From an uncultured Gammaproteobacteria bacterium (lineage in GTDB: Bacteria > Patescibacteriota > Patescibacteriia > 2-12-FULL-60-25), in contig CAYRRZ010000001.1 of NCBI GenBank assembly GCA_964426815.1, forward strand, positions 6,152 to 52,060: 45,909 nt of DNA, written 5' to 3'. Under the pieces are notes generated by a model that saw only the letters and a program-made list of their open reading frames with translations, ran no database searches and was not told where the DNA came from. A program made the translations under genes and the position numbers. Of the stretch, positions 24,785-34,119 are shown piece by piece (the stretch's first letter is position 1; each line of letters opens with the position of its first letter).

Positions 24785-26077
24785 ATGCCTCATGTCATTC
24801 TAGCGGTGACTAAGGATGTGGGAGCGGCGCAAGCCCTTATCCCAATTGCTGAAATGCTTCGCCAGCACGATTGCCGCATCTTCGTCGCATGCGAAGGCCT
24901 GTCGATCGACCTCTGGCGTAAGTCAGAATTCCCCATCACCCTGTCCGGATCCGTAGACTTCACCAACAAGCCCTACTCCATCCCAACCGATTTGGTGAGC
25001 GATCTACAGCCAGACTTGGTTCTGACTGGGCTCAGTCGACCTATTTACCTTGAGGAGAAGATCGGTCTTCAAGCAAACCACTGCAAAATCCCCTTGATCT
25101 GGGTAGAAGATCTATGGGAATGCCATGTCAGGAGTACGGCGATTCCTCAGGGGATCATCACCCTGGATCCGCTTGGTGAACAGCTCATCCGACAAAAAAC
25201 GCATCTGAAACAAGTGCCGCCGCGGGTGTGTGAAGCTGGAAACTCAGGCATCCTATCCGCAATCAGATCGCCAGTGCCTGATGCAACGCAGCAAGCGGTT
25301 GACGATCTGCGCCGACGCTACGATTCGCCTGTCGTGTTGATCGCCGGGCAAGGCAGCTTCACCGGCGACATCCTTCGCGTTGGAATCGCTTCGGTGGCCA
25401 TGTCGCATCCATCTGCAATGGTCATCGTTCGTCTGCATCCCAAATACCTACCCAAGTATGCAGCAGAGTGGGAAGGTATTATCGAGGAAGCGAAACAGCG
25501 GTTCCCTCGCCTGGTATTTATAGAGCTGGACGGGAGCCATAGCACAAACGACCTCGCGCGCTTGGCCGATGTCACGATCTCGACATCCAGCACAACCCTG
25601 CTCATATCAGCTGCTTCTGGAAAAATCCCTGTAAGCATCCTGACAGAAGCAACCACAGCTGGTCTGACCGAGATTATCCCGAGCCTGACACGCTATCCAC
25701 TGGTGACCTTTGGTGCAGCGCTTCAGATTAGGGAGCCTGACGTTCTCCCACTTGGTCCCGTGAAAGCTATCAGACAGTGCCAAGAAAGCTACTTCAAGCA
25801 CTGGTCGACGGCATCGGCTTGCGCCTTTGTCCGCTCCTTTCTACCAACGCCCACGAGTGCAGCATTAACCGTATCGTTACCTCACGATACGGTTTTTTTG
25901 TTTGATGCTCCTGTTCAAAAGACCAAAAAATCTATATGTCCAATCAATAAAAATTCTCCTCTTTTGTCGAGCGGTGCAAGCGTATGCTATACCTGTCTCC
26001 AGAAAATCTATGTCTACAATACTCGTAACCGGTGCTGCAGGTTTCATTGGTTCACATGTTGCTCAAGCCCTGATTGA
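24785..26077 (+). CDS. Uncharacterised GT-B-like protein with HP motif, GC-rich; 3' end doubtful
   Basis: Start placed at the ATG at 24785 behind a GGAGAG RBS. Motifs: AMVIVRLHPKYL and ISTSSTTLLISAASGKIPVSIL, paralleling the divergent neighbour. The reading frame continues through the terminator hairpin at 25867..25900 and overlaps the next gene by 68 nt. Confidence 0.4.
   Translation: MPHVILAVTKDVGAAQALIPIAEMLRQHDCRIFVACEGLSIDLWRKSEFPITLSGSVDFTNKPYSIPTDLVSDLQPDLVLTGLSRPIYLEEKIGLQANHCKIPLIWVEDLWECHVRSTAIPQGIITLDPLGEQLIRQKTHLKQVPPRVCEAGNSGILSAIRSPVPDATQQAVDDLRRRYDSPVVLIAGQGSFTGDILRVGIASVAMSHPSAMVIVRLHPKYLPKYAAEWEGIIEEAKQRFPRLVFIELDGSHSTNDLARLADVTISTSSTTLLISAASGKIPVSILTEATTAGLTEIIPSLTRYPLVTFGAALQIREPDVLPLGPVKAIRQCQESYFKHWSTASACAFVRSFLPTPTSAALTVSLPHDTVFLFDAPVQKTKKSICPINKNSPLLSSGASVCYTCLQKIYVYNTRNRCCRFHWFTCCSSPD
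25867..25900 (+). terminator. Strong rho-independent terminator located inside the 3' part of ORF 24785..26077
   Basis: AACCGTATCG (25867..25876) pairs perfectly with CGATACGGTT (25885..25894) around an 8-nt loop, running into a T7 tract (25893..25899). Confidence 0.7.
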
Positions 26078-26975
26078 ACGAGGCGACCGCGTGATCGGAC
26101 TAGATAATTTTCACCCATACTACCCACGACTTTTAAAACAACAAAATCTTGATTCGATACTTGGTACAGCCTCGGACCGTTTTGTCTTTGTTGAAGGTGA
26201 CATTTGTCATCAGGAGGACCTTGATCACGTGTTTAAAACGCATCGTCCAGACTCTATTATCCATCTCGCAGCTCGTGCGGGTGTGCGACCAAGTATCGCT
26301 GATCCGGTTGGATATCTCGAAACTAATGTCATTGGAACCCAACGTATCCTTTCTTGCGCTCAGGCCTATGGCGCTCAACGTTGCATTATCGCCTCATCAA
26401 GCTCAGTCTATGGCAATCATCCATCCGTTCCATTCCATGAAGAACTCGATGTGAACCAGCCTATTTCACCCTATGCTGCCTCAAAACGTGCATGTGAGTT
26501 TCTTGCCTACACCCATCATCATCTTACAAAGATGCCCACGGCTTGCTTGCGTTTTTTTACCGTTTTTGGACCACGTCAAAGACCAGACTTAGCCATTCAT
26601 TCATTTTTGAAACTCGCTTCTGCCTCGCAGCCCATTCCGATGTTTGGAGATGGAACAACGAGCCGTGATTACACGTATATCGATGACATCGTTCAAGGGA
26701 TTCTCGCTGCCCATGATCGTATTCCGGACTTTAAATACCGCATCTGGAACCTGGGTGGTAACTCACCCCACTCACTTAAAGAACTTATCGAGATTATTGC
26801 GCACACCGTCGGCAAACCCATCCTGATTGACGCAAAGCCTAAACAACCCGGCGATGTTGAACAAACCTATGCCGACATTCGTCGCGCCATGAAAGAACTC
26901 GATTTTTATCCAAAGACTAGCCTTGCGGACGGGATTGCAAAACAATGGGCCTGGATGCAGCAAACCCTTATTTGA
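26010..26975 (+). CDS. NAD-dependent NDP-sugar epimerase, UDP-glucuronate 4-epimerase-like
   Basis: Motifs: ILVTGAAGFIGSHVAQALIERGDRVIGLDNFHPYY, ASSSSVYG, SPYAASKRA, LRFFTVFGPRQRPD. Start placed at the ATG at 26010 within ORF 25902..26975. Confidence 0.7.
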   Translation: MSTILVTGAAGFIGSHVAQALIERGDRVIGLDNFHPYYPRLLKQQNLDSILGTASDRFVFVEGDICHQEDLDHVFKTHRPDSIIHLAARAGVRPSIADPVGYLETNVIGTQRILSCAQAYGAQRCIIASSSSVYGNHPSVPFHEELDVNQPISPYAASKRACEFLAYTHHHLTKMPTACLRFFTVFGPRQRPDLAIHSFLKLASASQPIPMFGDGTTSRDYTYIDDIVQGILAAHDRIPDFKYRIWNLGGNSPHSLKELIEIIAHTVGKPILIDAKPKQPGDVEQTYADIRRAMKELDFYPKTSLADGIAKQWAWMQQTLI

Positions 26976-27008
26976 CGGTCAAACAGCGACCTGCGACACT
27001 AGCCATCT

Positions 27009-27740
27009 ATGCAGCCCACTCTTCGCGTTCTAGGCGTTGTCGGTGCTCGATCAGGTTCAAAGAGCATTCCGGACAAAAATATTAAACCACTCCATGGAAA
27101 ACCTCTCATGGGCTGGATTATTGAAGCCGCCAAGGCCTCCAAGTACATCACTAAGCTCGTCCTGTCGACGGATAGCGAGGCTTATGCGGAGATCGGTCGC
27201 CAATACGGTGCTGAGACGCCTTTTCTTCGTCCGACGGAAATCGCCACCGACAAGGCGATCGATATTGAATATTTATCACATGCCGTGCGCTGGGTTGAAG
27301 AACATGAAGGCTGGAAGCCGGATATTATCCTTCGATTACCAGCAACATCCCCGCTTTGTAAAACAGAATTCATTGATCGATGCATTGAACTTCTCTTAGA
27401 AAATCCAGAAGCAAGCTCAGCGAGAACGGTTACCGAAGCCTCTAAGCATCCCTACAAACTTTGGCGCATTGATCCAAGTGGTTTGTACCTTGAGCCCTTT
27501 TGCCCCAAAGAAATGACCGGTTATGATGAACCGTTTGGTATGCCACGCCAGCTATTTCCTCCGAGCGTTTCGCATACGGATTGCATCGCCGTTCGTTATT
27601 CGACCATGATGGAACAGCACTCACTATCTGGTCCACGTGTCGCCTTTCATCAAATTAAGAAAACCGATGCCTGCGATATCGACACCATAACCGATTTTTT
27701 TGTGGCCGAAGCTTTGCTCAAAGCAAGACTCGATGGATAA
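27009..27740 (+). CDS. Acylneuraminate (CMP-nonulosonate/ulosonate) cytidylyltransferase family
   Basis: 243 aa. Motifs: VVGARSGSKSIPDKNIKPLHGKPLMGWIIEAA, LSTDSE, FLRPTEIATD. Confidence 0.85.
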   Translation: MQPTLRVLGVVGARSGSKSIPDKNIKPLHGKPLMGWIIEAAKASKYITKLVLSTDSEAYAEIGRQYGAETPFLRPTEIATDKAIDIEYLSHAVRWVEEHEGWKPDIILRLPATSPLCKTEFIDRCIELLLENPEASSARTVTEASKHPYKLWRIDPSGLYLEPFCPKEMTGYDEPFGMPRQLFPPSVSHTDCIAVRYSTMMEQHSLSGPRVAFHQIKKTDACDIDTITDFFVAEALLKARLDG

Positions 27741-28446
27741 CTATTCACTTTTCACACACATGAAGCTCCAAGGACCCGGATATGAGACGGCGGAATCTAT
27801 CCGTCAACAACATGAAACGATGAAGCAGTACTATCAAGAAACGCCGGCTTGGGTTGTTACTGAAAAACATGCGGAAAAGTACATTTGTGAACAGATATCC
27901 CAACTTGATGCGCCGATTTCTGATATTGGTGCATCGGGAGGCATTTTTTTACGCGGATTACAATCACATGGATATACCAATTTAACTGCAATTGACATTG
28001 ATAATTATCTTCAAGATGATGTAAAGAATTCATTCGCATTTGTTGCAGCTAATTTAAACTTTGAATCTATTCCATTAGCGGATAAGTCCCAGGAGGTTGT
28101 CACCTGTTTATCTGTAATGGAGCATCTGGAAAACCCTTTTCACCTCGCTCGTGAAATTCACCGTATCTTAAAACCAGGCGGACTGTGCATCATGTCAATT
28201 CCAAATGCCTTCCATATTTGGTCAAAGATCTCGTTCTTGCTGCATGGAAATTTGACTGATTGGAATGAGAAAAATGCGCACATCACATTTTTACCAAAAG
28301 CTGTTTTCAATAAGATTTATCTTAAGCTCTTCCGAATCGAACATGTCGTGTATCAACACGGTTTTCTCCCCTATTTTCCAGGCATTAAAATGCCTCGAAC
28401 GGAATTCTTTGGACGCCGCACCTGTTATTTTTTGCGGAAGAAATAG
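27733..28446 (+). CDS. Class I SAM-dependent methyltransferase
   Basis: Motifs: DIGASGGIFLRGL, VTCLSVMEHL, LKPGGLCIMSIPN. The start ATG at 27733 overlaps the upstream stop (ATGGATAA). Confidence 0.75.
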   Translation: MDNYSLFTHMKLQGPGYETAESIRQQHETMKQYYQETPAWVVTEKHAEKYICEQISQLDAPISDIGASGGIFLRGLQSHGYTNLTAIDIDNYLQDDVKNSFAFVAANLNFESIPLADKSQEVVTCLSVMEHLENPFHLAREIHRILKPGGLCIMSIPNAFHIWSKISFLLHGNLTDWNEKNAHITFLPKAVFNKIYLKLFRIEHVVYQHGFLPYFPGIKMPRTEFFGRRTCYFLRKK

Positions 28447-29777
28447 TGCAACCGCTTAAAAAAAGCTCGATCCGTATCGTCAATGGTAAAAAAAGCTTTA
28501 CTCGTTGTTTGTAGTTCTGGAAATGTCGCGAGCAATGTTTTCAACCGTAACATATTATAGACGGATACTGAGATCACAAATTCAATCGCAACTCCCATCG
28601 GACCAAAAAAGGCGCAGCTTATCGGCAAGATAATGGCCATAAGGCACAAGCGAAAAGCAACCAACCAAAAAGCACGACGCTGTTCTTGATGCGAAACGTA
28701 GTACGAAGTCAAAATATATGCAACGCCGATAAAAGGAATATAGGCGCAGATCACATAGACAGACGGAATTGCCTGAAGATATTGCGGAAAAGCAATCTGC
28801 GCAATCGGTTTTGCACATACCGCAACCAGCACACTCGCTGCGGTATAAAATGGGACTGTATATCGAATGCCTCGGTATAAAATTTCGCGCAAACGGGTAC
28901 GATCACTTCGATCACTAGCCACCATTGGCATCAATACATCATCTATCGGGAAGACCGAGGCGACATAGGTATACACCTTCTCTACAAAGCTCCAGATCGC
29001 AACAGCCTCGCGCCCAAGCACCGATTGAATAATGAATGGTCTTAGATTTTTCTCTCCCTGCCTCATTAGCTTTTGCGCAATCACCCATGGGCCCATTTTT
29101 TTGATAAATGACCATGCAATCGAAATATCATGCGCCGCACGCCAATATACTGCCAACACTCTCGGTGCAAAAATGATATTTACGGCAAGCATTGAACCTA
29201 GCAGACTTAAAATGAGTGTAAAAGCGGATAACTGGCTCTTGAAAAACAGGCTAAACACAATCAAGACACGAACCCCCTCTTGCACGAGTTGATACAGTGC
29301 CTGCTTCCGAAACTTTTTTTGCGTTGCATTATCGTACCCAATCAAACGTTCAAATGGCATTAATAGGAATATCCAACCGTACACAGACAATAAGTGCAAA
29401 ATGTCCTTTGAATAGACACTGCCAAATACATACTCCGCGCTTTGCGATACGGCGAATACACCCAATCCCAACAGACACCGTAAAATAAAATATGACTTTC
29501 CTAGATTCTTCGCTCGTTCATCTTCACCCATCCCACGCAAATGCGACCCTTCCGCAATAAACACTTCGTCGATACCGATAAGCATCAATAATCCTAATAA
29601 GCTTCCAAAGGAAAGAACGAGTTGATACGTACCGTATTCATGCAATGAAAAACGACTAAAAACAATAATCGTCGTACTAAATCCGAGGATCTTTACCAGG
29701 AATGATCCAGCTGAAACCCAAGCAATCCCAGTTAAGAGCTTTTTAAGAAAAACCGATCGGACTTGAGTAATAGACAT
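28425..29777 (-). CDS. Wzx-like polysaccharide/oligosaccharide flippase (MOP superfamily)
   Basis: About 450 aa with roughly 12-14 hydrophobic helices and an N-terminal KKLLTGIAWVSAGSFLVKILGF pattern. Start placed at Met8 (29777). Confidence 0.65.
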   Translation of the reverse strand: MSITQVRSVFLKKLLTGIAWVSAGSFLVKILGFSTTIIVFSRFSLHEYGTYQLVLSFGSLLGLLMLIGIDEVFIAEGSHLRGMGEDERAKNLGKSYFILRCLLGLGVFAVSQSAEYVFGSVYSKDILHLLSVYGWIFLLMPFERLIGYDNATQKKFRKQALYQLVQEGVRVLIVFSLFFKSQLSAFTLILSLLGSMLAVNIIFAPRVLAVYWRAAHDISIAWSFIKKMGPWVIAQKLMRQGEKNLRPFIIQSVLGREAVAIWSFVEKVYTYVASVFPIDDVLMPMVASDRSDRTRLREILYRGIRYTVPFYTAASVLVAVCAKPIAQIAFPQYLQAIPSVYVICAYIPFIGVAYILTSYYVSHQEQRRAFWLVAFRLCLMAIILPISCAFFGPMGVAIEFVISVSVYNMLRLKTLLATFPELQTTSKAFFTIDDTDRAFFKRLHYFFRKK

Positions 29778-29781
29778 ATTA

Positions 29782-30933
29782 CTAGGGCAGTTTGGCAAAG
29801 AACTGACGTAATGCCAATGCTCTCTGTTCAGGACTCAAAATCCACGCAGCGCCTTGTGCGGCACGCTGTATCTTTTTCCATTCAGGCATGTCCCGAGAAA
29901 GAGAAAAGAAATCCGTGATCGCTTTTCCCCAGGCCTGCGGATCATCTGCCGGCGCAAACAGCACCGCCTCAGATCCATACACGCTTTCTTTAATAGAAGG
30001 GAGATCACTTGCCAGGACCGGAACCTCAGCCGCAGCCGCCTCCTGTAGTTTCATTGGATTTGTATCTCTCCGAGAAATATCGAACTTTCCAGAATTTGGA
30101 ATAGCAATTAAATCAGCAGAGCGAAGCCATTGAGGAATCGCTTGCGCCAGCTGCTGCCCATGAAAAAAAATGCTCGCTCCTGTATGCGGAATCGCTGCGG
30201 CAATTTTTTTTGCCCGATCCAAATCCGCACCCGTGCCGCCAATGATATGAATACAAACATTCTGCGGGGCAAATTCAGCGGAACGAATAAGCGTATCCAC
30301 GCCCTTCCAATCAAACAATTGCCCGGCATAGACGATTATCTTCTCATCCTTCCCAATCCCCACCGATTTCCTTGCAGATTCACGGCTAATGCTGCGATAT
30401 GTTTCCATTGGAAATGCTGGCGGATTGGGTAAAATTGTAATCGGAGGCAGGATGCCAAATTGATCTTTAAGCGCATCTATTTTTAACTGATTCGTACTCA
30501 CGATTCCAGATGCGCGCTTCAAAATAATTTTTACCAAAAAACGATGCGACCACTTTGCAAGGTTTGGGATGTCATGCAAATCCCAAATGATCTTCGCCTT
30601 ACTGTTCAAAGAATGAACCGCTGCCTGTAGCGGGTCATTAATGATAACAATATCTGGCTTCCAAGTAGAAACCACCCGCAGGGACTGTAATGCCCCGAGC
30701 AACCGCAAACATTGAAACATCCCCGGAATAGCTAATGAGATTTGCCAACCAAAAGAAATAAGCTCAACCCCATCAATTTTTTTTGTTAGAACTTTTTGCC
30801 GTTTCGGAAAGGCGATGGCGGTTGCATCTCGCTCTTCATGAAGCTGAGCGAATCCCCGCCCCATTGCTTCGATCTGGATTCCATAGGCTTTTTCTGTCGG
30901 AAAACGAGCATTTACTAAAAACAGAATTCTCAT
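29782..30933 (-). CDS. GT4-family (GT-B) glycosyltransferase
   Basis: Motifs: MRILFLVNARFPTEKAYG, IVYAGQL..WKG, NPMKLQEAAAAEVPVLASDLPS (E-x7-E-like). Start placed at Met25 (30933). Confidence 0.8.
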   Translation of the reverse strand: MRILFLVNARFPTEKAYGIQIEAMGRGFAQLHEERDATAIAFPKRQKVLTKKIDGVELISFGWQISLAIPGMFQCLRLLGALQSLRVVSTWKPDIVIINDPLQAAVHSLNSKAKIIWDLHDIPNLAKWSHRFLVKIILKRASGIVSTNQLKIDALKDQFGILPPITILPNPPAFPMETYRSISRESARKSVGIGKDEKIIVYAGQLFDWKGVDTLIRSAEFAPQNVCIHIIGGTGADLDRAKKIAAAIPHTGASIFFHGQQLAQAIPQWLRSADLIAIPNSGKFDISRRDTNPMKLQEAAAAEVPVLASDLPSIKESVYGSEAVLFAPADDPQAWGKAITDFFSLSRDMPEWKKIQRAAQGAAWILSPEQRALALRQFFAKLP

Positions 30934-30934
30934 A

Positions 30935-32395
30935 TTACTCTTTAGAAAGGATAACAAAAGAACCGATCTCACGTCTTTGTGTATAGCTTGAACGAATACG
31001 CTCAAGATACCTCTCTACATCTTCAGGAAGATTCCGGCTGATACCATAGACGATTGTAGGTGGCCACTCATTTTCGCTCTTCGTAAATACATTTACTCCA
31101 TCCGTGCGCCCAAATGCGCTATTGCGGATAAACTGAAACTGTCGATTCGCCGGAATAATCGCCCCTGCCGCCGGTGCATTAATCACACCGATTAGACCGG
31201 GTTTGGGCAAAATCTGTTGTTGCAAAAATCGCTCTAGCTCAGGCGGTCCAGAATTTGGGTACACGTCCGACATGTAGGCATACTGAAAACACTGCACAGC
31301 TACAAGAAGTGCACATACAGGCAAGATCATCTTGTTTATTTTTGGCGAGTAGCGAGAACTGATATCCATCAATGCCACAGGAAACAACACGAGCAACCCA
31401 AACTGAAGTGGAAAAAAATACCGATTTGTCCCTGGGCTCTTTAAAAAATAGCCCATTGAAAGTAAGCTAAACAAAATAAACCAGCGCATACGCCAATCGG
31501 CTCGCACCGCTTTACCCACGGTCAAAAGCCACAAACCAACGACTCCCGCAAGTATTTCTAGGTGCCAAAAAGTCGTTTGCGACACCATGCTCCAGAGATT
31601 GCGCTGTATATCACAACGAATACAGGGAGAATTATAATTATTCGAATAATAGACTGCCGTTTTTTGAATATTCTCAATCGTGAGTGGGTGGATGCTCCCA
31701 ATATAAACCGTAGGGAGCACCGCTATGACTATCGCCGTCAAAAAAGCTCCTACCTGTTTAAGACTCATTCTTTTTTTCAGGTACTCAAATCCGATAACGA
31801 TAAGAAGTGGCGGACCTCCGATAAGTAAAAAAGCTGGCTTTGTTGCAAGAAATAATCCAAAGCCTAACCCTCCTCCGAAATATGCCCACCACCGCTCCTT
31901 GGTAAACTGCAATGCCCACAAGCCACACAGTAACCAGCATATTCCTGGAATTTCACCCAAAACAGATTTGCCGTATCCGATAAATGAAGCAAAGCTTGCA
32001 ATAAGCAAAGCTGACGCTGATGCGATTTTCCAATCACGAGAACGTCTGACCAAGACATATACAAGCATCACCGTAGCGAGCATGTATATTGCCATCACAC
32101 TTCGAGCGACAAAAAAACTCGCTCCGCCTAATTTTATCCCTGCCGCAACCGAAGCGAGCATCACCCATCCAGAAGACGATGTGTAATAGTGGAGATGTGA
32201 TGATAGAACATCTGGAGCCAATGGTATCCCGATGCGCCCCATGTCAGCCAAGGTTCGAGCCATCTGAATATTTAAAGACTCGTCAGACCAAATAAATGGT
32301 TTGGTTAAAAAATCTGAAAAAATCCAATAGGCTGCAAAAGCCGCAACCGCGATTCCTGCAAGAATTTCTCGCCATTTCCAATCGCGGATTTTCAT
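30935..32395 (-). CDS. GT-C-like (ArnT/PMT_2-type) integral membrane glycosyltransferase, putative
   Basis: About 486 aa, multi-TM. First-loop motif IWSDESLNIQMARTLADMGRIG, with a soluble C-terminal tail. Start placed at Met12 (32395). Confidence 0.55.
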   Translation of the reverse strand: MKIRDWKWREILAGIAVAAFAAYWIFSDFLTKPFIWSDESLNIQMARTLADMGRIGIPLAPDVLSSHLHYYTSSSGWVMLASVAAGIKLGGASFFVARSVMAIYMLATVMLVYVLVRRSRDWKIASASALLIASFASFIGYGKSVLGEIPGICWLLCGLWALQFTKERWWAYFGGGLGFGLFLATKPAFLLIGGPPLLIVIGFEYLKKRMSLKQVGAFLTAIVIAVLPTVYIGSIHPLTIENIQKTAVYYSNNYNSPCIRCDIQRNLWSMVSQTTFWHLEILAGVVGLWLLTVGKAVRADWRMRWFILFSLLSMGYFLKSPGTNRYFFPLQFGLLVLFPVALMDISSRYSPKINKMILPVCALLVAVQCFQYAYMSDVYPNSGPPELERFLQQQILPKPGLIGVINAPAAGAIIPANRQFQFIRNSAFGRTDGVNVFTKSENEWPPTIVYGISRNLPEDVERYLERIRSSYTQRREIGSFVILSKE

Positions 32396-32400
32396 ATGTT

Positions 32401-33162
32401 TTATTTTTTCTTCCCGATGACGGTCCAAGACAATCCATTCACAGGATACACCGAGATATCAGACAATCCCTTACCCTCAAACAATGCAAGCGCTTCTTCA
32501 CGTTTCCAATAGTTTGCGACTTTAGGTAACAGTTGATCAAAGACAATGCTCCGAATATGCCAAAAACGAAAACCGGACAACTGCTTATAGTATGGTTGGG
32601 TTTGCGGAAAAATTTTGACAAAAAGGTAAATTGGCAAAGCGAGCACATACGATGCCACATCGCTCACCCATGGAGGCAACCGAACCAGTACATGTCGAAG
32701 CGGATTTACATAGCGCACAATCCATTCATTTCCTTCATATCCATATACCCATATTAAAATTGTTCCACCTGGTTTTAATGCGCGAACCATTTTTTCGATG
32801 GCCTCATGTGGCTTTTCTAGATGATGAATCACCCCGATCGAAAAAGCGATATCATATAGACCCTCATCCTCAAGGGTATACACGGAACAATGTCTCACTT
32901 CAGCCTGTGAAAATTCTTTTAGATTTTTTACACAAGAGGCCAATGTTCGCGGATCCGCATCTATACCCGTCGCGCGCGCAGCACCGTAGCGCAATGGCCA
33001 ATACATATTTCTGCCGATGCCACAGCCAACATCTAAAACCGTTTTATCTTTAAAATCCTGCTTCGTTAATGGTGCCACCCATTTCAAAAACTGCCCTTCG
33101 TATTCAGGAATGATTTCATGATACTTTTCCCACTCATATCCGAATCGTTCGGTTGATGCCAT
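32401..33162 (-). CDS. Class I SAM-dependent methyltransferase
   Basis: 253 aa. Motifs: VLDVGCGIGRN, IAFSIGVIHHL, LKPGGTILIWVYG. Confidence 0.8.
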   Translation of the reverse strand: MASTERFGYEWEKYHEIIPEYEGQFLKWVAPLTKQDFKDKTVLDVGCGIGRNMYWPLRYGAARATGIDADPRTLASCVKNLKEFSQAEVRHCSVYTLEDEGLYDIAFSIGVIHHLEKPHEAIEKMVRALKPGGTILIWVYGYEGNEWIVRYVNPLRHVLVRLPPWVSDVASYVLALPIYLFVKIFPQTQPYYKQLSGFRFWHIRSIVFDQLLPKVANYWKREEALALFEGKGLSDISVYPVNGLSWTVIGKKK

Positions 33163-33164
33163 AC

Positions 33165-34112
33165 CTATTTGGTTGAGATTACCTCCTTGATTGAATAGGG
33201 TTTTCGATGCTGCGCCTCAAAGTATGTACGCATCAAAACCTCTGCCATCAGGCCAAAAAGAACAAATTGAACCCCGACAATAACAAGCATCGCGCCAACA
33301 ACCGGGAGTGGCGTTGCTACAAAATCACGTACATGCCCCAGTTTTAACAGTATTGCCACTACTTCTGCACCCAATCCACAGGCAAGCGATGCAAACCCGA
33401 TAACCCCAAAAAAATGCATCGGCCGACTAAAGTACTTTGTCAGAAAACGTACCACAACCAAATCTAGCAGGACTTTGAAGACTCGAAAAAGCCCGTACTT
33501 TGAAACTCCTGCAACCCGAGGCCGATGATTTACCACAATTTCTGTGACTCCGGCACCAATACCTGCTGCATACACCGGAATAAACCGATGCATCTCTCCA
33601 TACAAATCAATATCTTGAATAATCTCCCGTCGATAGGCCTTCAAGCTACAACCATAATCATGAATATGTACCCCGGTTGCCCAAGAAATCAATCTATTTG
33701 CCATCCATGATGGAATCTTGCGAAGAACTAACCCATCTTTTCTGTCCTTGCGCCAGCCTGAGACGCACCCAAATCCTTGATTGATTTTTTCTAGAAGTTT
33801 TGGAATATCCGCTGGGTCGTTTTGACGATCGGCATCCATCGGAATGATCACATCGCCAGTTGCCATTTTTATGCCACATGACATTGCAGCCGTCTGCCCA
33901 AAATTTCTCGCAAATGAAACCACTATACACCGAGCATCTTTTGCCTGAATTTTTTTTAAAACCTCGAGGCTCTTGTCCTTTGAACCATCATCTACAAAGA
34001 TATACTCCCAAGAATCTGCAGACATTCGCGTTGCAATCGCAACGAGCTCGTCATGCAATGGCGCCAGGTTTTCTTCTTCATTGTAGACTGGAATAACGAT
34101 ACTCAATTTCAT
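33165..34112 (-). CDS. GT2 polyprenyl-phosphate glycosyltransferase (ArnC/GtrB-like, two C-terminal TM helices)
   Basis: 315 aa. Motifs: LSIVIPVYNEEENL, FVDDGSKDKS, PMDADRQNDP. Hydrophobic C-terminal helices. Confidence 0.8.
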   Translation of the reverse strand: MKLSIVIPVYNEEENLAPLHDELVAIATRMSADSWEYIFVDDGSKDKSLEVLKKIQAKDARCIVVSFARNFGQTAAMSCGIKMATGDVIIPMDADRQNDPADIPKLLEKINQGFGCVSGWRKDRKDGLVLRKIPSWMANRLISWATGVHIHDYGCSLKAYRREIIQDIDLYGEMHRFIPVYAAGIGAGVTEIVVNHRPRVAGVSKYGLFRVFKVLLDLVVVRFLTKYFSRPMHFFGVIGFASLACGLGAEVVAILLKLGHVRDFVATPLPVVGAMLVIVGVQFVLFGLMAEVLMRTYFEAQHRKPYSIKEVISTK

Positions 34113-34119
34113 AGTGTTT

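Noticed and set aside
30163-30784. A8/T8 homopolymer tracts as phase-variation switches: three in GT4 gene 29782..30933 at 30163..30170, 30204..30211 and 30777..30784; similar tracts in 38012..41473 and elsewhere
   Set aside because: About fifteen to twenty 8-nt A/T runs are scattered over most genes of the window. They simply encode Lys-Lys or Phe-Phe in a moderately AT-rich genome. Eight nucleotides is at the low end for slipped-strand switching. All the genes are currently in frame.
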